A stretch of DNA of 64,000 nt, from contig CAYWJO010000005.1 in NCBI GenBank assembly GCA_964458565.1, positions 52,375 through 116,374 of the forward strand, read 5' to 3'. The position numbers were made by a program, and so were the translations under genes. This DNA is from an uncultured archaeon (GTDB lineage Archaea > Asgardarchaeota > Thorarchaeia > Thorarchaeales > Thorarchaeaceae). Shown here piece by piece: positions 18,911 to 28,452 of this stretch. A model generated the notes under the pieces. The model was given only the letters and a program-made list of their open reading frames with translations. It had not been told where the DNA came from and ran no database searches. Positions within the stretch are counted from its first letter, which is position 1, and each line of letters begins with the position of its first letter.

Positions 18911-21625
18911 GTGTGGTTTTTTAGGCATCATACAGACCTGACTTCGGTGCCATATATGCAAAAATACAATCTGGGAGCTGTAAGTTTCTCTGCAATAATT
19001 GTTTTCTGTCTTGTTTCTCCTGTGTCTGCATATTATTTTGAATTCATTTCTTTTGAAACTGATCAACTTGTATACGAAGTAGGTGAAACAATTAACATGG
19101 TGGCTAGTCTTATTGCTGATTACAGTGAGAGTGGTTGGTGCTATGTGTCTTTTGCAGTTGTTTCCGATATCGGAACTGTTCATACTGATGGTTACTCTAT
19201 TCCAGCATCAACTAATCCGCAATTTCCAGTTTCATCATATTTGATAACACCAAGCGACACTAACCCAGGTATAAACGGTACACAAGCTTATGTTATGTTC
19301 AGTGCAGAAATATATGATACATTCTCAGAAGGCGGAAGTGATTCAATAGTCGTGAATATAACTCGTGGTCGTTTAGAAACTATTCCACTTGTATCTCTTG
19401 TTAAAACATATGGCCAGAATAGTTCATTCTCATTTAGAGTGCAAAGTATACATACCGATAATGTAGTTTACTCTAACGAAAATCTATCCATCGTTATACG
19501 CAACAATCAAGCTGACATAGTTTGTGAAATTAATACAACCACTGACATCAATGGAGAATTCGAATTCATCTGGGATACTTCTCTAGGACCACCCTCTACG
19601 TATAACATGAGCATATCAAGCATAGGCACAGAAGATTTCATACCTTTTACAGAATCGTTTTCGGTTATCATAGAACCTGCACAATCTAAACTAAGTGTTA
19701 TTTCTGCTCCAGAAGTTGTATATTGCCAATCTCCTGATGGTGTACTATATGAGTATGCCGAGATCACAATTGAACATCTTGATTATCAGAACATCCCTTT
19801 GACTAATAGCACTGTAGCATGGACTTTTGAGTCCACTTCTGGTATCATGAATCATATTGGTTCTGGATATTACAACGCTTTCGTTCCTATTCATTCGAAT
19901 CCTGGAACCTTCTTTGTAAACTTCTCAGCCACAAATTCCGTATGTCAATCATCCTACAATTATACAACCATCGAAGTGATTCGTAGAACTCTCAACTTGA
20001 ATTATAATACCCCTATCCTCGGAGTTGCGAATACATCATTCACCATTTCTATTATGGTGATTGATGAAATTGAAAGTATAGGTGTACCATTTCTTCAATC
20101 CAATTTCACGATTACTGTTAGCCAGACAATAATAGCAAACTTCCTAACATCATCGGACGCATCAGGACTACTAGAATATACAATAAAACTTCCATCAGAT
20201 GCATGGGGCCCTAGTCATATCGAAATTAATATCCTCGAAACAATAAACTACAATTCTATTTCTGAAATATATAATCTATCAGTCAACTTCACCCCAACAA
20301 TTTCTGCCATCATTGTAAATAATGCAATACTTGGATACAATTCCTGTTTTAACATAAACATCACAGATTTCTATTCTCAGGGGTTAGACAATATATCTGT
20401 AGAATTTAGGACACCAGATAACGAAATTATAGCAACCAATACTAGTGATTCACAAGGAATCTGTACATTACAATGGGTCCCATCTACTTCTTTTCTTGCT
20501 GGAGTACATAACTTCAAGCTATCTGTGCGAGGAAACCCCCTTGATTTCATTAATGACACTTCAATAACACTACCCGTGGTATTATTCTATCCTATTCATC
20601 TAATTGATTTTACAACGACTAGTGCTACAACAAGAGGATCCAGACTTGAATTGAATTTATCGATAATATCCGAGTTTACAGATAATCATTCCATCAGTTT
20701 CAGTCTGCATGATAATCTTGGTGACATTTATGAGAACATTACATTAGCTGTAAATAGACACTCCCTAGTTCCCATTGATATAGACCATGATTTTGGATTA
20801 GGAGTTCATCAATTATATCTAATTGTTAAGAATCAATACTATAGTTTCATTGGTATAACAGAAATCGAGATTTCTATCCTAGGTATCATAACTGTAAATG
20901 CAACCTTTAATTCTGCATTTTATAGTGAAGGTATAGTTTTGAGTCTTCAACTAACAGATGATAATATGTCAGATATTGATTACATATCAATCTCAGTTTT
21001 CTTTGATGATGAAACAACGTCATCCTCCTCATCAAATAATATGAGTCTCAGTACCTTGGTCAGTATTCCACTTCCCACAGATATCAATCCCGGACCACAT
21101 ACTGCTACTATACTCTTTTCTCACTCATTTTTTGAAACATCAAATATTACAATTGCATTTACTGTGTTAGTTCGAACAAGTATCACAATATCAATATCAA
21201 CTGTATCTTCAAATACATCAGAAAGCTATCAACAGTCTATTCAAGATCTACCAATTGCCTCAAGCATATCATCCGGTTCAATCATCAATCCGCCTCCAAT
21301 TTTATTAAGCGGAACAATCTCTACACCGCTATTGATCGAACGAGCAACTTCCCTTGATAACTGTCCCAAATTCAATTCAGGGATTAGTAATCTATCAACA
21401 GTTTCCGAAAACAATCTTACTTCATCATCTGGAAATGGCCAGATTGTTCGTAGTCGTAATGACCTAACAGAAGACTTACCAGATTCAACAAAATCCTCCA
21501 CCGATCTTGATGTTGAACCGAATGATATAATGCCCCACTCAGCTCTCTTAGGTCCAGTAATAACAACATCTTTGAGAAAATCCGAATTCTTACGTATTTT
21601 TTCAACAATCCTTCGGATGAGCTGA
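18911..21625 (+). CDS. Large secreted Ig-like repeat protein; last ~128 codons overlap korA antisense
   Basis: Signal peptide ending VSA-YY, repeated TTD.NG / TSD.QG beta-sandwich units, S/T/N-rich. Confidence 0.7.
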   Translation: MWFFRHHTDLTSVPYMQKYNLGAVSFSAIIVFCLVSPVSAYYFEFISFETDQLVYEVGETINMVASLIADYSESGWCYVSFAVVSDIGTVHTDGYSIPASTNPQFPVSSYLITPSDTNPGINGTQAYVMFSAEIYDTFSEGGSDSIVVNITRGRLETIPLVSLVKTYGQNSSFSFRVQSIHTDNVVYSNENLSIVIRNNQADIVCEINTTTDINGEFEFIWDTSLGPPSTYNMSISSIGTEDFIPFTESFSVIIEPAQSKLSVISAPEVVYCQSPDGVLYEYAEITIEHLDYQNIPLTNSTVAWTFESTSGIMNHIGSGYYNAFVPIHSNPGTFFVNFSATNSVCQSSYNYTTIEVIRRTLNLNYNTPILGVANTSFTISIMVIDEIESIGVPFLQSNFTITVSQTIIANFLTSSDASGLLEYTIKLPSDAWGPSHIEINILETINYNSISEIYNLSVNFTPTISAIIVNNAILGYNSCFNINITDFYSQGLDNISVEFRTPDNEIIATNTSDSQGICTLQWVPSTSFLAGVHNFKLSVRGNPLDFINDTSITLPVVLFYPIHLIDFTTTSATTRGSRLELNLSIISEFTDNHSISFSLHDNLGDIYENITLAVNRHSLVPIDIDHDFGLGVHQLYLIVKNQYYSFIGITEIEISILGIITVNATFNSAFYSEGIVLSLQLTDDNMSDIDYISISVFFDDETTSSSSSNNMSLSTLVSIPLPTDINPGPHTATILFSHSFFETSNITIAFTVLVRTSITISISTVSSNTSESYQQSIQDLPIASSISSGSIINPPPILLSGTISTPLLIERATSLDNCPKFNSGISNLSTVSENNLTSSSGNGQIVRSRNDLTEDLPDSTKSSTDLDVEPNDIMPHSALLGPVITTSLRKSEFLRIFSTILRMS

Positions 21626-22383
21626 TTATGAGTATCTGCATCAGAGGTTTTGCGAAAACCTCTATTATCATGTGTTGAACCAGTTACAAGAAGATTGTGA
21701 CCATCTCCGAATCTTGGCATTATCGCTCTTCCAGACGAATCATAACCTCCGATAGGCGGGTCGTTCTTTACAGCATAGCGTCTCTCTATTCTTCGTTTCA
21801 TACTTCTGCCTATGATGACTTTCTCTCGAGAATGTGCAACGATTTCATCCGTCAACAGAATGACAGGATGACGTAATCGTTCTGATAACTCGAAAGCCTT
21901 CATGGTCAATTCATAGGTTTCTTGTGAAGAATTAGGTGAAAGAACTACACTTTCATAGTCTCCATGCGACCCCCATCTTGATTGCATAAAGTCGCCTTGG
22001 CCCACTTTCGTTGCCTGTCCCGTACTAGGTCCCGCTCTCTGAACATCCACAATCACACAAGGGGTTTCTGTCATAATAGCATACCCAATATTCTCCTGCA
22101 TAAGACTGAATCCTGGACCTGATGTAGCTGTCATTGACATCTTCCCTCCCCATGAGCTTCCTATTACTGCAGCAATTGCTCCAATTTCATCCTCCATCTG
22201 AAGATAAGTACCTCCGATGGTTGGGAGTCTAGAAGCCATGACCTCAGCGATTTCAGATGCTGGAGTAATTGGATAACCTGCAAAAAATTCACAACCAGCT
22301 GCAATCGCACCTTCAGCACATGATTCGTTTCCTTGCCAGAAATTCAATGTGGTATCTTTAGCATGCATTACAGTAAACCACAA
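21241..22383 (-). CDS. korA: 2-oxoacid:ferredoxin oxidoreductase subunit alpha
   Basis: GYPITPASE, QMEDE, TATSGPG, QRAGPSTG, PELNLGQL. Confidence 0.9.
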   Translation of the reverse strand: MWFTVMHAKDTTLNFWQGNESCAEGAIAAGCEFFAGYPITPASEIAEVMASRLPTIGGTYLQMEDEIGAIAAVIGSSWGGKMSMTATSGPGFSLMQENIGYAIMTETPCVIVDVQRAGPSTGQATKVGQGDFMQSRWGSHGDYESVVLSPNSSQETYELTMKAFELSERLRHPVILLTDEIVAHSREKVIIGRSMKRRIERRYAVKNDPPIGGYDSSGRAIMPRFGDGHNLLVTGSTHDNRGFRKTSDADTHNQLIRRIVEKIRKNSDFLKDVVITGPKRAEWGIISFGSTSRSVEDFVESGKSSVRSLRLRTIWPFPDDEVRLFSETVDRLLIPELNLGQLSREVARSINSGVEIVPLNKIGGGLMIEPDDMLEAIGRS

Positions 22384-22438
22384 GGAGTGTTCGGTATCGA
22401 ATCGAAGATAAGCCTATTCTTATTAACACAGAAGAGTA

Positions 22439-23953
22439 TCACTTATCCGCTTTTTTGATCGCTTCTGAAAGATTCATACTGATTCCTTCAGGTTCATATC
22501 TCCGTTCCCTTATCTTAACAAATGTAGGAAAAGATACGCACTCCCCAACGAAAAGTGCCTCACCTACCTCTAAGGTAGTGATAGAGTCTAATGCTGACCG
22601 ATCAATTCCTTCACTACTTTTACCAATATGTTCTAAGTCATATGGATTTGTAGCTCTTAGAATTACCTGATTACTACATTGACTAAGAATAGTTGTTGAA
22701 AGTTTTACAGGTCTTTGTGATACCAGACAAAGCAAAGCAAAGAATTTGCGTCCTTCTCTCGCAATTGTTTCTAGTCGTGCTTTTGGTAATGCCAGTTCAT
22801 GTCTGCTTTCTGGGCAAAACTGGTGTGCTTCCTCAACTACCAGAAGATAGGGCGGTATCTTTCCTTGTCTTCTCAAAGTAAGAAGTTCATACGCCAAATT
22901 AGAAACAACTATCTGTTTCTTTTTTAGGCTTATGAAATCACTCAAATCAACAAGTGTCAACTTACCTGGTTTAACAGCTGTTGTAATATCTGGTACGCCT
23001 TCTTTGCCGAAAAGTCGAGTTTCATCTAAATCCACAAGCCATCCTATCAATGCATCACGTGTATTTTTACTAATGGACTCATCAAGACGAATATATTCAA
23101 CAAGTTCTCCTAGTGTATATCCATCTTTCTTTGATTTACGAATATCTGCGATAACTCTTCGTAAATCACGTTTTTGAACTGAACTCATACCTGATACAAG
23201 CGCACCAAGTGCATCGGCACCAAGTGCATGTACAGGTATCTGAAAGTGTGTACCTCTTATTCTCTCAATCTCAAATATATTATCACTCAAATTCAGATCT
23301 GACGGTTGCATTTTTTCCAAGTAGGAGTACTCACCATGCACATCGATTACTACAACAGCTAAGCGTCCCGTCTTTTTGGACCGTGATAGTATTTCTTCTA
23401 GAAGGACTGATACAAAATATGATTTTCCCGCTCCACTCATTGCAAGCACTGCTAGGTGTTTAGAAAGCAACCGATCCATTTTTGGTGTAAATATCATATT
23501 ATGATGTGCTATTTTTCCCAGATTCATACCCATTTCTATATCAAGTTTTAAGAAACCTGCTAATACATCTTCATCAACTGTTCGAACAACTGCACCAGGG
23601 GACACTGCAAAGAATGGTCGAATGGTGCCTGAATCGGACCATAAACCAAGTACCTGTGCTTTTGCCACAGTATATTGCCATCTATCTGTAGGGAAAATTG
23701 TCCTTAACGGTTCTCCCCTTGATTGGTATTCACGAACAGCTTCAGCATGCTGGTAGTATCGATTGGTTCCAACCAAGTCTTGCACTCTTGCAATAATCGT
23801 TCCCAAATCGTGATTAATACCTACAAATTCACCCCGACGAACTATTATCTCTTCGGAGTCGCCTTCTACAACAAATGAGAAACCACCTACATTTGGACCA
23901 TCATTTGTACATATTACAGTCCCCAGTCTCAGATGTAGCCTTTCTTCAGACAC
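22439..23953 (-). CDS. herA: DNA double-strand break repair ATPase HerA
   Basis: N-terminal HAS barrel, HLAVLAMSGAGKS, DVHGEY, EEAH, IAREGRKF, SQRP. Adjacent to nurA. Confidence 0.92.
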   Translation of the reverse strand: MSEERLHLRLGTVICTNDGPNVGGFSFVVEGDSEEIIVRRGEFVGINHDLGTIIARVQDLVGTNRYYQHAEAVREYQSRGEPLRTIFPTDRWQYTVAKAQVLGLWSDSGTIRPFFAVSPGAVVRTVDEDVLAGFLKLDIEMGMNLGKIAHHNMIFTPKMDRLLSKHLAVLAMSGAGKSYFVSVLLEEILSRSKKTGRLAVVVIDVHGEYSYLEKMQPSDLNLSDNIFEIERIRGTHFQIPVHALGADALGALVSGMSSVQKRDLRRVIADIRKSKKDGYTLGELVEYIRLDESISKNTRDALIGWLVDLDETRLFGKEGVPDITTAVKPGKLTLVDLSDFISLKKKQIVVSNLAYELLTLRRQGKIPPYLLVVEEAHQFCPESRHELALPKARLETIAREGRKFFALLCLVSQRPVKLSTTILSQCSNQVILRATNPYDLEHIGKSSEGIDRSALDSITTLEVGEALFVGECVSFPTFVKIRERRYEPEGISMNLSEAIKKADK

Positions 23954-23956
23954 TTC

Positions 23957-25141
23957 TTACCCTCCAAATGGATTCCTCGATCTTCTTTTTTCAAGTGTTA
24001 CATATGTCAATCCTGATAGTGCCATAAGTCTATCAATAATCATAGATGTTTCATTATTACTGATTCTTGCTCTTGCATCTGCCTCTAGTATAGGTGCAGG
24101 AATTCCATACTCCGGATGCTGCGTTGATAAAGGTAGTATTGCAGAGAGTGCTTTGTTTAGCTGGATAACTCCTCTATCCGGGTCAACTAATACTTCAACG
24201 CGTAAAGGCAAATCCTCACGTGCTGTTCTGATATATGTGACGAGAATTGAGGATGCCCATAAGGAAATGTCATCTGCTATAGAATTAGAATTCTGTGTTA
24301 TCTCAGTAGAGTATTTGAAAGCAAAGGTTCTTTCACCTTCATCCAGAAAGGTATCGAGTATATCACAGTCTCTTGAGATTTTGAGTAGCCATCTATAATC
24401 AACACCTTGAATTTTCTCAAAAATCTCTGGTTTTCTAAGAATGTGAGGAAGAATATCGCTCAAAATATTCACTATCTTAGTCGACCGACTATCCTTAACA
24501 ATACCGACCAGCAACAAATCTTTCTTCCTAGCTTTGTGGTATAGCTGTCGGTATAAGGCCATAACTTCTTGATACTTCTCATAAGCTAGAGTTCCCATTT
24601 GTGGCCTATCTCTTGGATGATGATATAGACTACCATCAATGAGGATAAGGTCTACATGAAACTCCTCAAGTATGGCCAAAGTAACTTTCAATTCTTCTGA
24701 TAAACGTTCAAGAGATGCCAATTGATCAAGCTCAGAACCCTGAAGCGTCAACATTACCGGTCTCACTTTCGGTTCGGGAAATGGAGAGGGGTAGAATTCC
24801 ACGGATGGTCCCTTTTCTGGACCAAATTGGAACACAACTGCCACACCCCGTGTAAGAATCAAATCGATAGATCTGAATCTCCTTTTAATAAGTCCTCCAT
24901 CAACTCCTGCAATCTTTAAGCCCTTGAGATGAGTTGGTTCAATTCTTGTAACAAAAGAAGTATCCACAACATCAGCTGCCACAGCTGGAAATCGTTTCAA
25001 ATCTATTTCTTTCTTTATATCTTGTAAAACTTTCCCAAATTGCTTTCGAGTAGTTTCCACTCTCTCTATTTCTTGGACCAGTAAAGATAATTCTCGCTCC
25101 CAAGACTGCATACCAATCACATCAGAGTAGAATTCTGACAT
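23957..25141 (-). CDS. nurA: DNA double-strand break repair nuclease NurA
   Basis: AGVDGG, LIDGSL, VGIVKDS, YGIPAPILEADARA. Confidence 0.9.
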   Translation of the reverse strand: MSEFYSDVIGMQSWERELSLLVQEIERVETTRKQFGKVLQDIKKEIDLKRFPAVAADVVDTSFVTRIEPTHLKGLKIAGVDGGLIKRRFRSIDLILTRGVAVVFQFGPEKGPSVEFYPSPFPEPKVRPVMLTLQGSELDQLASLERLSEELKVTLAILEEFHVDLILIDGSLYHHPRDRPQMGTLAYEKYQEVMALYRQLYHKARKKDLLLVGIVKDSRSTKIVNILSDILPHILRKPEIFEKIQGVDYRWLLKISRDCDILDTFLDEGERTFAFKYSTEITQNSNSIADDISLWASSILVTYIRTAREDLPLRVEVLVDPDRGVIQLNKALSAILPLSTQHPEYGIPAPILEADARARISNNETSMIIDRLMALSGLTYVTLEKRRSRNPFGG

Positions 25142-25171
25142 CTCTCTATTAAGTTAAACACTCCTCAAAAT

Positions 25172-26851
25172 CTACTTGTCAGTTCTTCTTTTCTTATAGT
25201 CAACTGCTGCCCTTATTAGTCCCATATAAAGTGGATGCGGTTGACCTGGACGTGACTTGAATTCCGGGTGGTATTGCACTCCAATCCAGAATGGATGATT
25301 AATTATTTCTATAGCATTGATAATCTTTCCAGTATCATCATATGCTGAAACTATCAACCCTTTCTCTTTCATTCTGTGGATGTATCTATCAATGAGATGA
25401 TATCTATGACGAAATCTCTCTCGAATCGAATCCATGTTGTATAGTTTCTGCAGCAATGTTCCTTCAACAAATCTGACAACATGACCACCAAGTCTCATTG
25501 TTCCTCCTTTATCCTCAGTCTGCTTTTGTTCATCCATTAGATCTACAACTGGATATAGACTTTTCTCATCAACTTCTGTAGTGTGGGCTCCTTCCCAACC
25601 CATGATTTTCCTAGCAAAAGCCACAGTCCCAAGTTGTGCACCATAACAAATACCTAGAAATGGTATATTAGATTCAAATGTCACAGTTGCTGCATTAATC
25701 ATACCTTCAACCCCTCTCTCACCAAAACCAGGTGTTAGCAATACCCCTTCCACATCATCCAAATCCTCTCTCAAACAATCGATATCACATCTCTCTTCTG
25801 TTTCTATCCACTTGAATTTCACTCCGACTCCACCAACTGCAGCAGCATGAGCAAGAGACTCATTGATGCTCTTGTAAGAATCACTAAGTGTTGTATACTT
25901 ACCTGGCATCGCAATAGTTATTGATTCAGCTGAATCATGGAATTTCTCAACAATATCTTCCCATTCTTTTGTTTGCGGAATTCCTTGTTCAAATCCAAAA
26001 TGATCTACAATGATATCTCCAAGTCCTTGTTGTTCAAAGGATAATGGTAATTTGTATATCACCTTAATATCCGGATTTGAAATCACTCTTTGCTTTGGAA
26101 CATTACAGAATAAGGCTATCTTTTCTCTTGCGGACTCATTTAATTGGCTTTCTGCTCTACATACTATAATGTCAGGTTGTAATCCCAATCCCTGTAAGGT
26201 TCGAACACTGTGTTGTGTGGGTTTAGTCTTGAATTCTCCAACAGATTTCATATATGGTACCAAGGTTACATGTACAAATGCTACTCTATTATGTCCTAAT
26301 TCACTAGCTAGTTGTCTTACTGCTTCTTGAAAAGGCATAGCTTCGATATCACCAACAGTTCCTCCAATTTCTACAAGTAATACGTCAGGAACCGGGGGTT
26401 TGTTAACCACATCCCATATTCGTTTCTTTATCTGATCTGTAACATGTGGAATGATTTGTACAGTTCTTCCTAGAAATGTCCCTTTTCTTTCTCCTAGGAT
26501 GACAGAAACATAAATTTGTCCTGATGTGATATTTTGAGAAGGATGCACATCCATCCCTGTAAATCTCTCGTAAGTGCCAAAGTCCTGATCAATTTCAGAT
26601 ATTCTAAACTTGAAAGCACTTCCTGGTTCAAATGCCCAAGTCTGGTCCGTGACAAAGACTTCACCATGTTCAACAGGATTCAGGGTACCAGGATCAATAT
26701 TCAGATAAGGGTCAATTTTGACAATTCTTATACTCATTCCTCTGAATTGGAAAAGTTTTGCAATAGATGCAGTTGTAGCTCCCTTTCCAATACCAGAGAG
26801 GACACCACCTGTTACAAAAACAAATCGAGTTTTGTTTTGGTCTTGGGTCAA
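25172..26851 (-). CDS. pyrG: CTP synthase
   Basis: VTGGVLSGIGKG, KIDPYLN.DPGT, KTKPTQHSV, GICYG, QYHPEF. Confidence 0.98.
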   Translation of the reverse strand: MTQDQNKTRFVFVTGGVLSGIGKGATTASIAKLFQFRGMSIRIVKIDPYLNIDPGTLNPVEHGEVFVTDQTWAFEPGSAFKFRISEIDQDFGTYERFTGMDVHPSQNITSGQIYVSVILGERKGTFLGRTVQIIPHVTDQIKKRIWDVVNKPPVPDVLLVEIGGTVGDIEAMPFQEAVRQLASELGHNRVAFVHVTLVPYMKSVGEFKTKPTQHSVRTLQGLGLQPDIIVCRAESQLNESAREKIALFCNVPKQRVISNPDIKVIYKLPLSFEQQGLGDIIVDHFGFEQGIPQTKEWEDIVEKFHDSAESITIAMPGKYTTLSDSYKSINESLAHAAAVGGVGVKFKWIETEERCDIDCLREDLDDVEGVLLTPGFGERGVEGMINAATVTFESNIPFLGICYGAQLGTVAFARKIMGWEGAHTTEVDEKSLYPVVDLMDEQKQTEDKGGTMRLGGHVVRFVEGTLLQKLYNMDSIRERFRHRYHLIDRYIHRMKEKGLIVSAYDDTGKIINAIEIINHPFWIGVQYHPEFKSRPGQPHPLYMGLIRAAVDYKKRRTDK

Positions 26852-26948
26852 ATAACAAGCCTCTTACCTGAATTCTTTTTGCTTAATATATTTGGGCGAA
26901 AACAGTGAACCGTATAAAGAGTTTGTTCCAACTTTGAATTATATATAA

Positions 26949-27530
26949 CTATGATACGGGTTTTGCCAAGACTGCACTTTTCAATGCATTTTCAAACAGG
27001 TATTGAAAAGCTTCTAATACATTAAAACCGTCTTTCGCTATACTTCTGAAAACAGGAATAGATGTTGGTAGATTTAGGTAGGACCTGATTTGATTTTCCT
27101 GTACTGCACTTTCTAGATCTTGCTTATTTAAACAGATAACTATTGGTAGTAACCTGTCTTGTTCCGAAATCATTGACATCAATTCATTCCAACTAGCTAG
27201 ATTCTCATCAAGAAGTGTTTCCTGCGAATCAACCATAAAAACAACTCCATCAGCACCTACAAGGACAACTTCTCTTGTTGATCTGTAAAAATCTTGACCT
27301 GTGGCAGACCAGACATGAGCATTGATAGTCCATCCATTTCCAAGATCGAATGGTATCGTTCCAAAATCACAGAACATAGTACGTCCTACAGTGTTTTCAA
27401 TTGAAGTCAACTTGTCTGCGTAATCAAGACTTGAGAAGAGCCAGCGGATTGCAGTTGTTTTACCACTCATTGCTGGTCCAAAGAAGACTATCTTCAATCC
27501 CAAAGTTCTACTACCATAATCAATTATCAT
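26949..27530 (-). CDS. MglA/Arf-like small GTPase
   Basis: G1 GPAMSGKTT, GRTMFCDF (compare MglA RTLFFDF), SATGQ, NKQD, SIA. Confidence 0.88.
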   Translation of the reverse strand: MIIDYGSRTLGLKIVFFGPAMSGKTTAIRWLFSSLDYADKLTSIENTVGRTMFCDFGTIPFDLGNGWTINAHVWSATGQDFYRSTREVVLVGADGVVFMVDSQETLLDENLASWNELMSMISEQDRLLPIVICLNKQDLESAVQENQIRSYLNLPTSIPVFRSIAKDGFNVLEAFQYLFENALKSAVLAKPVS

Positions 27531-27531
27531 T

Positions 27532-28452
27532 TTAACTACCCCACATACTATCTACCCAGGCTCCAAGTCCTGATAGGGTACCTCCCTTTACACAATCTGA
27601 GAAATCTTCATGCCATTCTGCCATGATAAAACGAATCAAATCGGAAAGCTCACCACCCTCCCAACCAATCGCTTCATAGAGATTTCTCTCCGTTAATGAT
27701 GTTGGTGCACCTAATTCCCTAGCAAGTCTTATTCTAGATAAGAGCATTACAGCTCTTCTGGCTGCATGAACATAGCTGCTTATTTCTTCGTCAAATACAT
27801 CCTGTGTCAACTTGACAGATTCATCATCCAATTCTAATACAGCGTTGATAATTTGTTCCGATACATTAACGCCTCTTAATGACTTTCGCAGAAGTCTTTT
27901 GATACGTTCCAAAGACTGTCGTTTTCTAGTAATGATTTTGGTTACAATCTTCTTCTCCAAGTCAAAGTTGGACGGGCTTGGTCTCATTAAGCTGAAGTTC
28001 ATCACTGAAGGCGAATTCACTCTAAGAACTCCACAACTTTCTGAGCTAGATAATATCTTATTCAATATCCCTTGAAGATCCTCTTCTGTGACTTTGATAC
28101 CAAGAATTCTGCTTTCCAGAGGAATTGATTGAATCCATGCCGAGAAATTAGTTATCCGATCAAGAGCGAGTCTGAGGTTTGATGAGAGTCCACAAACAAT
28201 AGTTCGATGCACTTCATAGTCATGTTTCTCTTCTTCCCAAACCGAAAACAACTCTTCCTGCGATGTAAAATCTCTCCAAAATACAAGTTTGTGTCGATGA
28301 GGACAAAGAAGTGTAAGACTCTCAGTCATATCATCAATCAATTCTACATCTTCACCAACTACAAAAATGGGTATCCTTCCTAAAATCGAATTGAGTAGTA
28401 ATGGGAAATCATCACCCATCAACTCAATCATTGCTAGTATTGAATAAGTCAT
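27532..28452 (-). CDS. Hypothetical protein, possibly cDENN-like
   Basis: LLNSILGRIPIFVVGEDVELIDDMTESLTLLCP resembles the cDENN helix-strand-helix-P pattern, followed by a helical C-terminal part. Lies between the Roadblock and GTPase genes. Confidence 0.45.
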   Translation of the reverse strand: MTYSILAMIELMGDDFPLLLNSILGRIPIFVVGEDVELIDDMTESLTLLCPHRHKLVFWRDFTSQEELFSVWEEEKHDYEVHRTIVCGLSSNLRLALDRITNFSAWIQSIPLESRILGIKVTEEDLQGILNKILSSSESCGVLRVNSPSVMNFSLMRPSPSNFDLEKKIVTKIITRKRQSLERIKRLLRKSLRGVNVSEQIINAVLELDDESVKLTQDVFDEEISSYVHAARRAVMLLSRIRLARELGAPTSLTERNLYEAIGWEGGELSDLIRFIMAEWHEDFSDCVKGGTLSGLGAWVDSMWGS

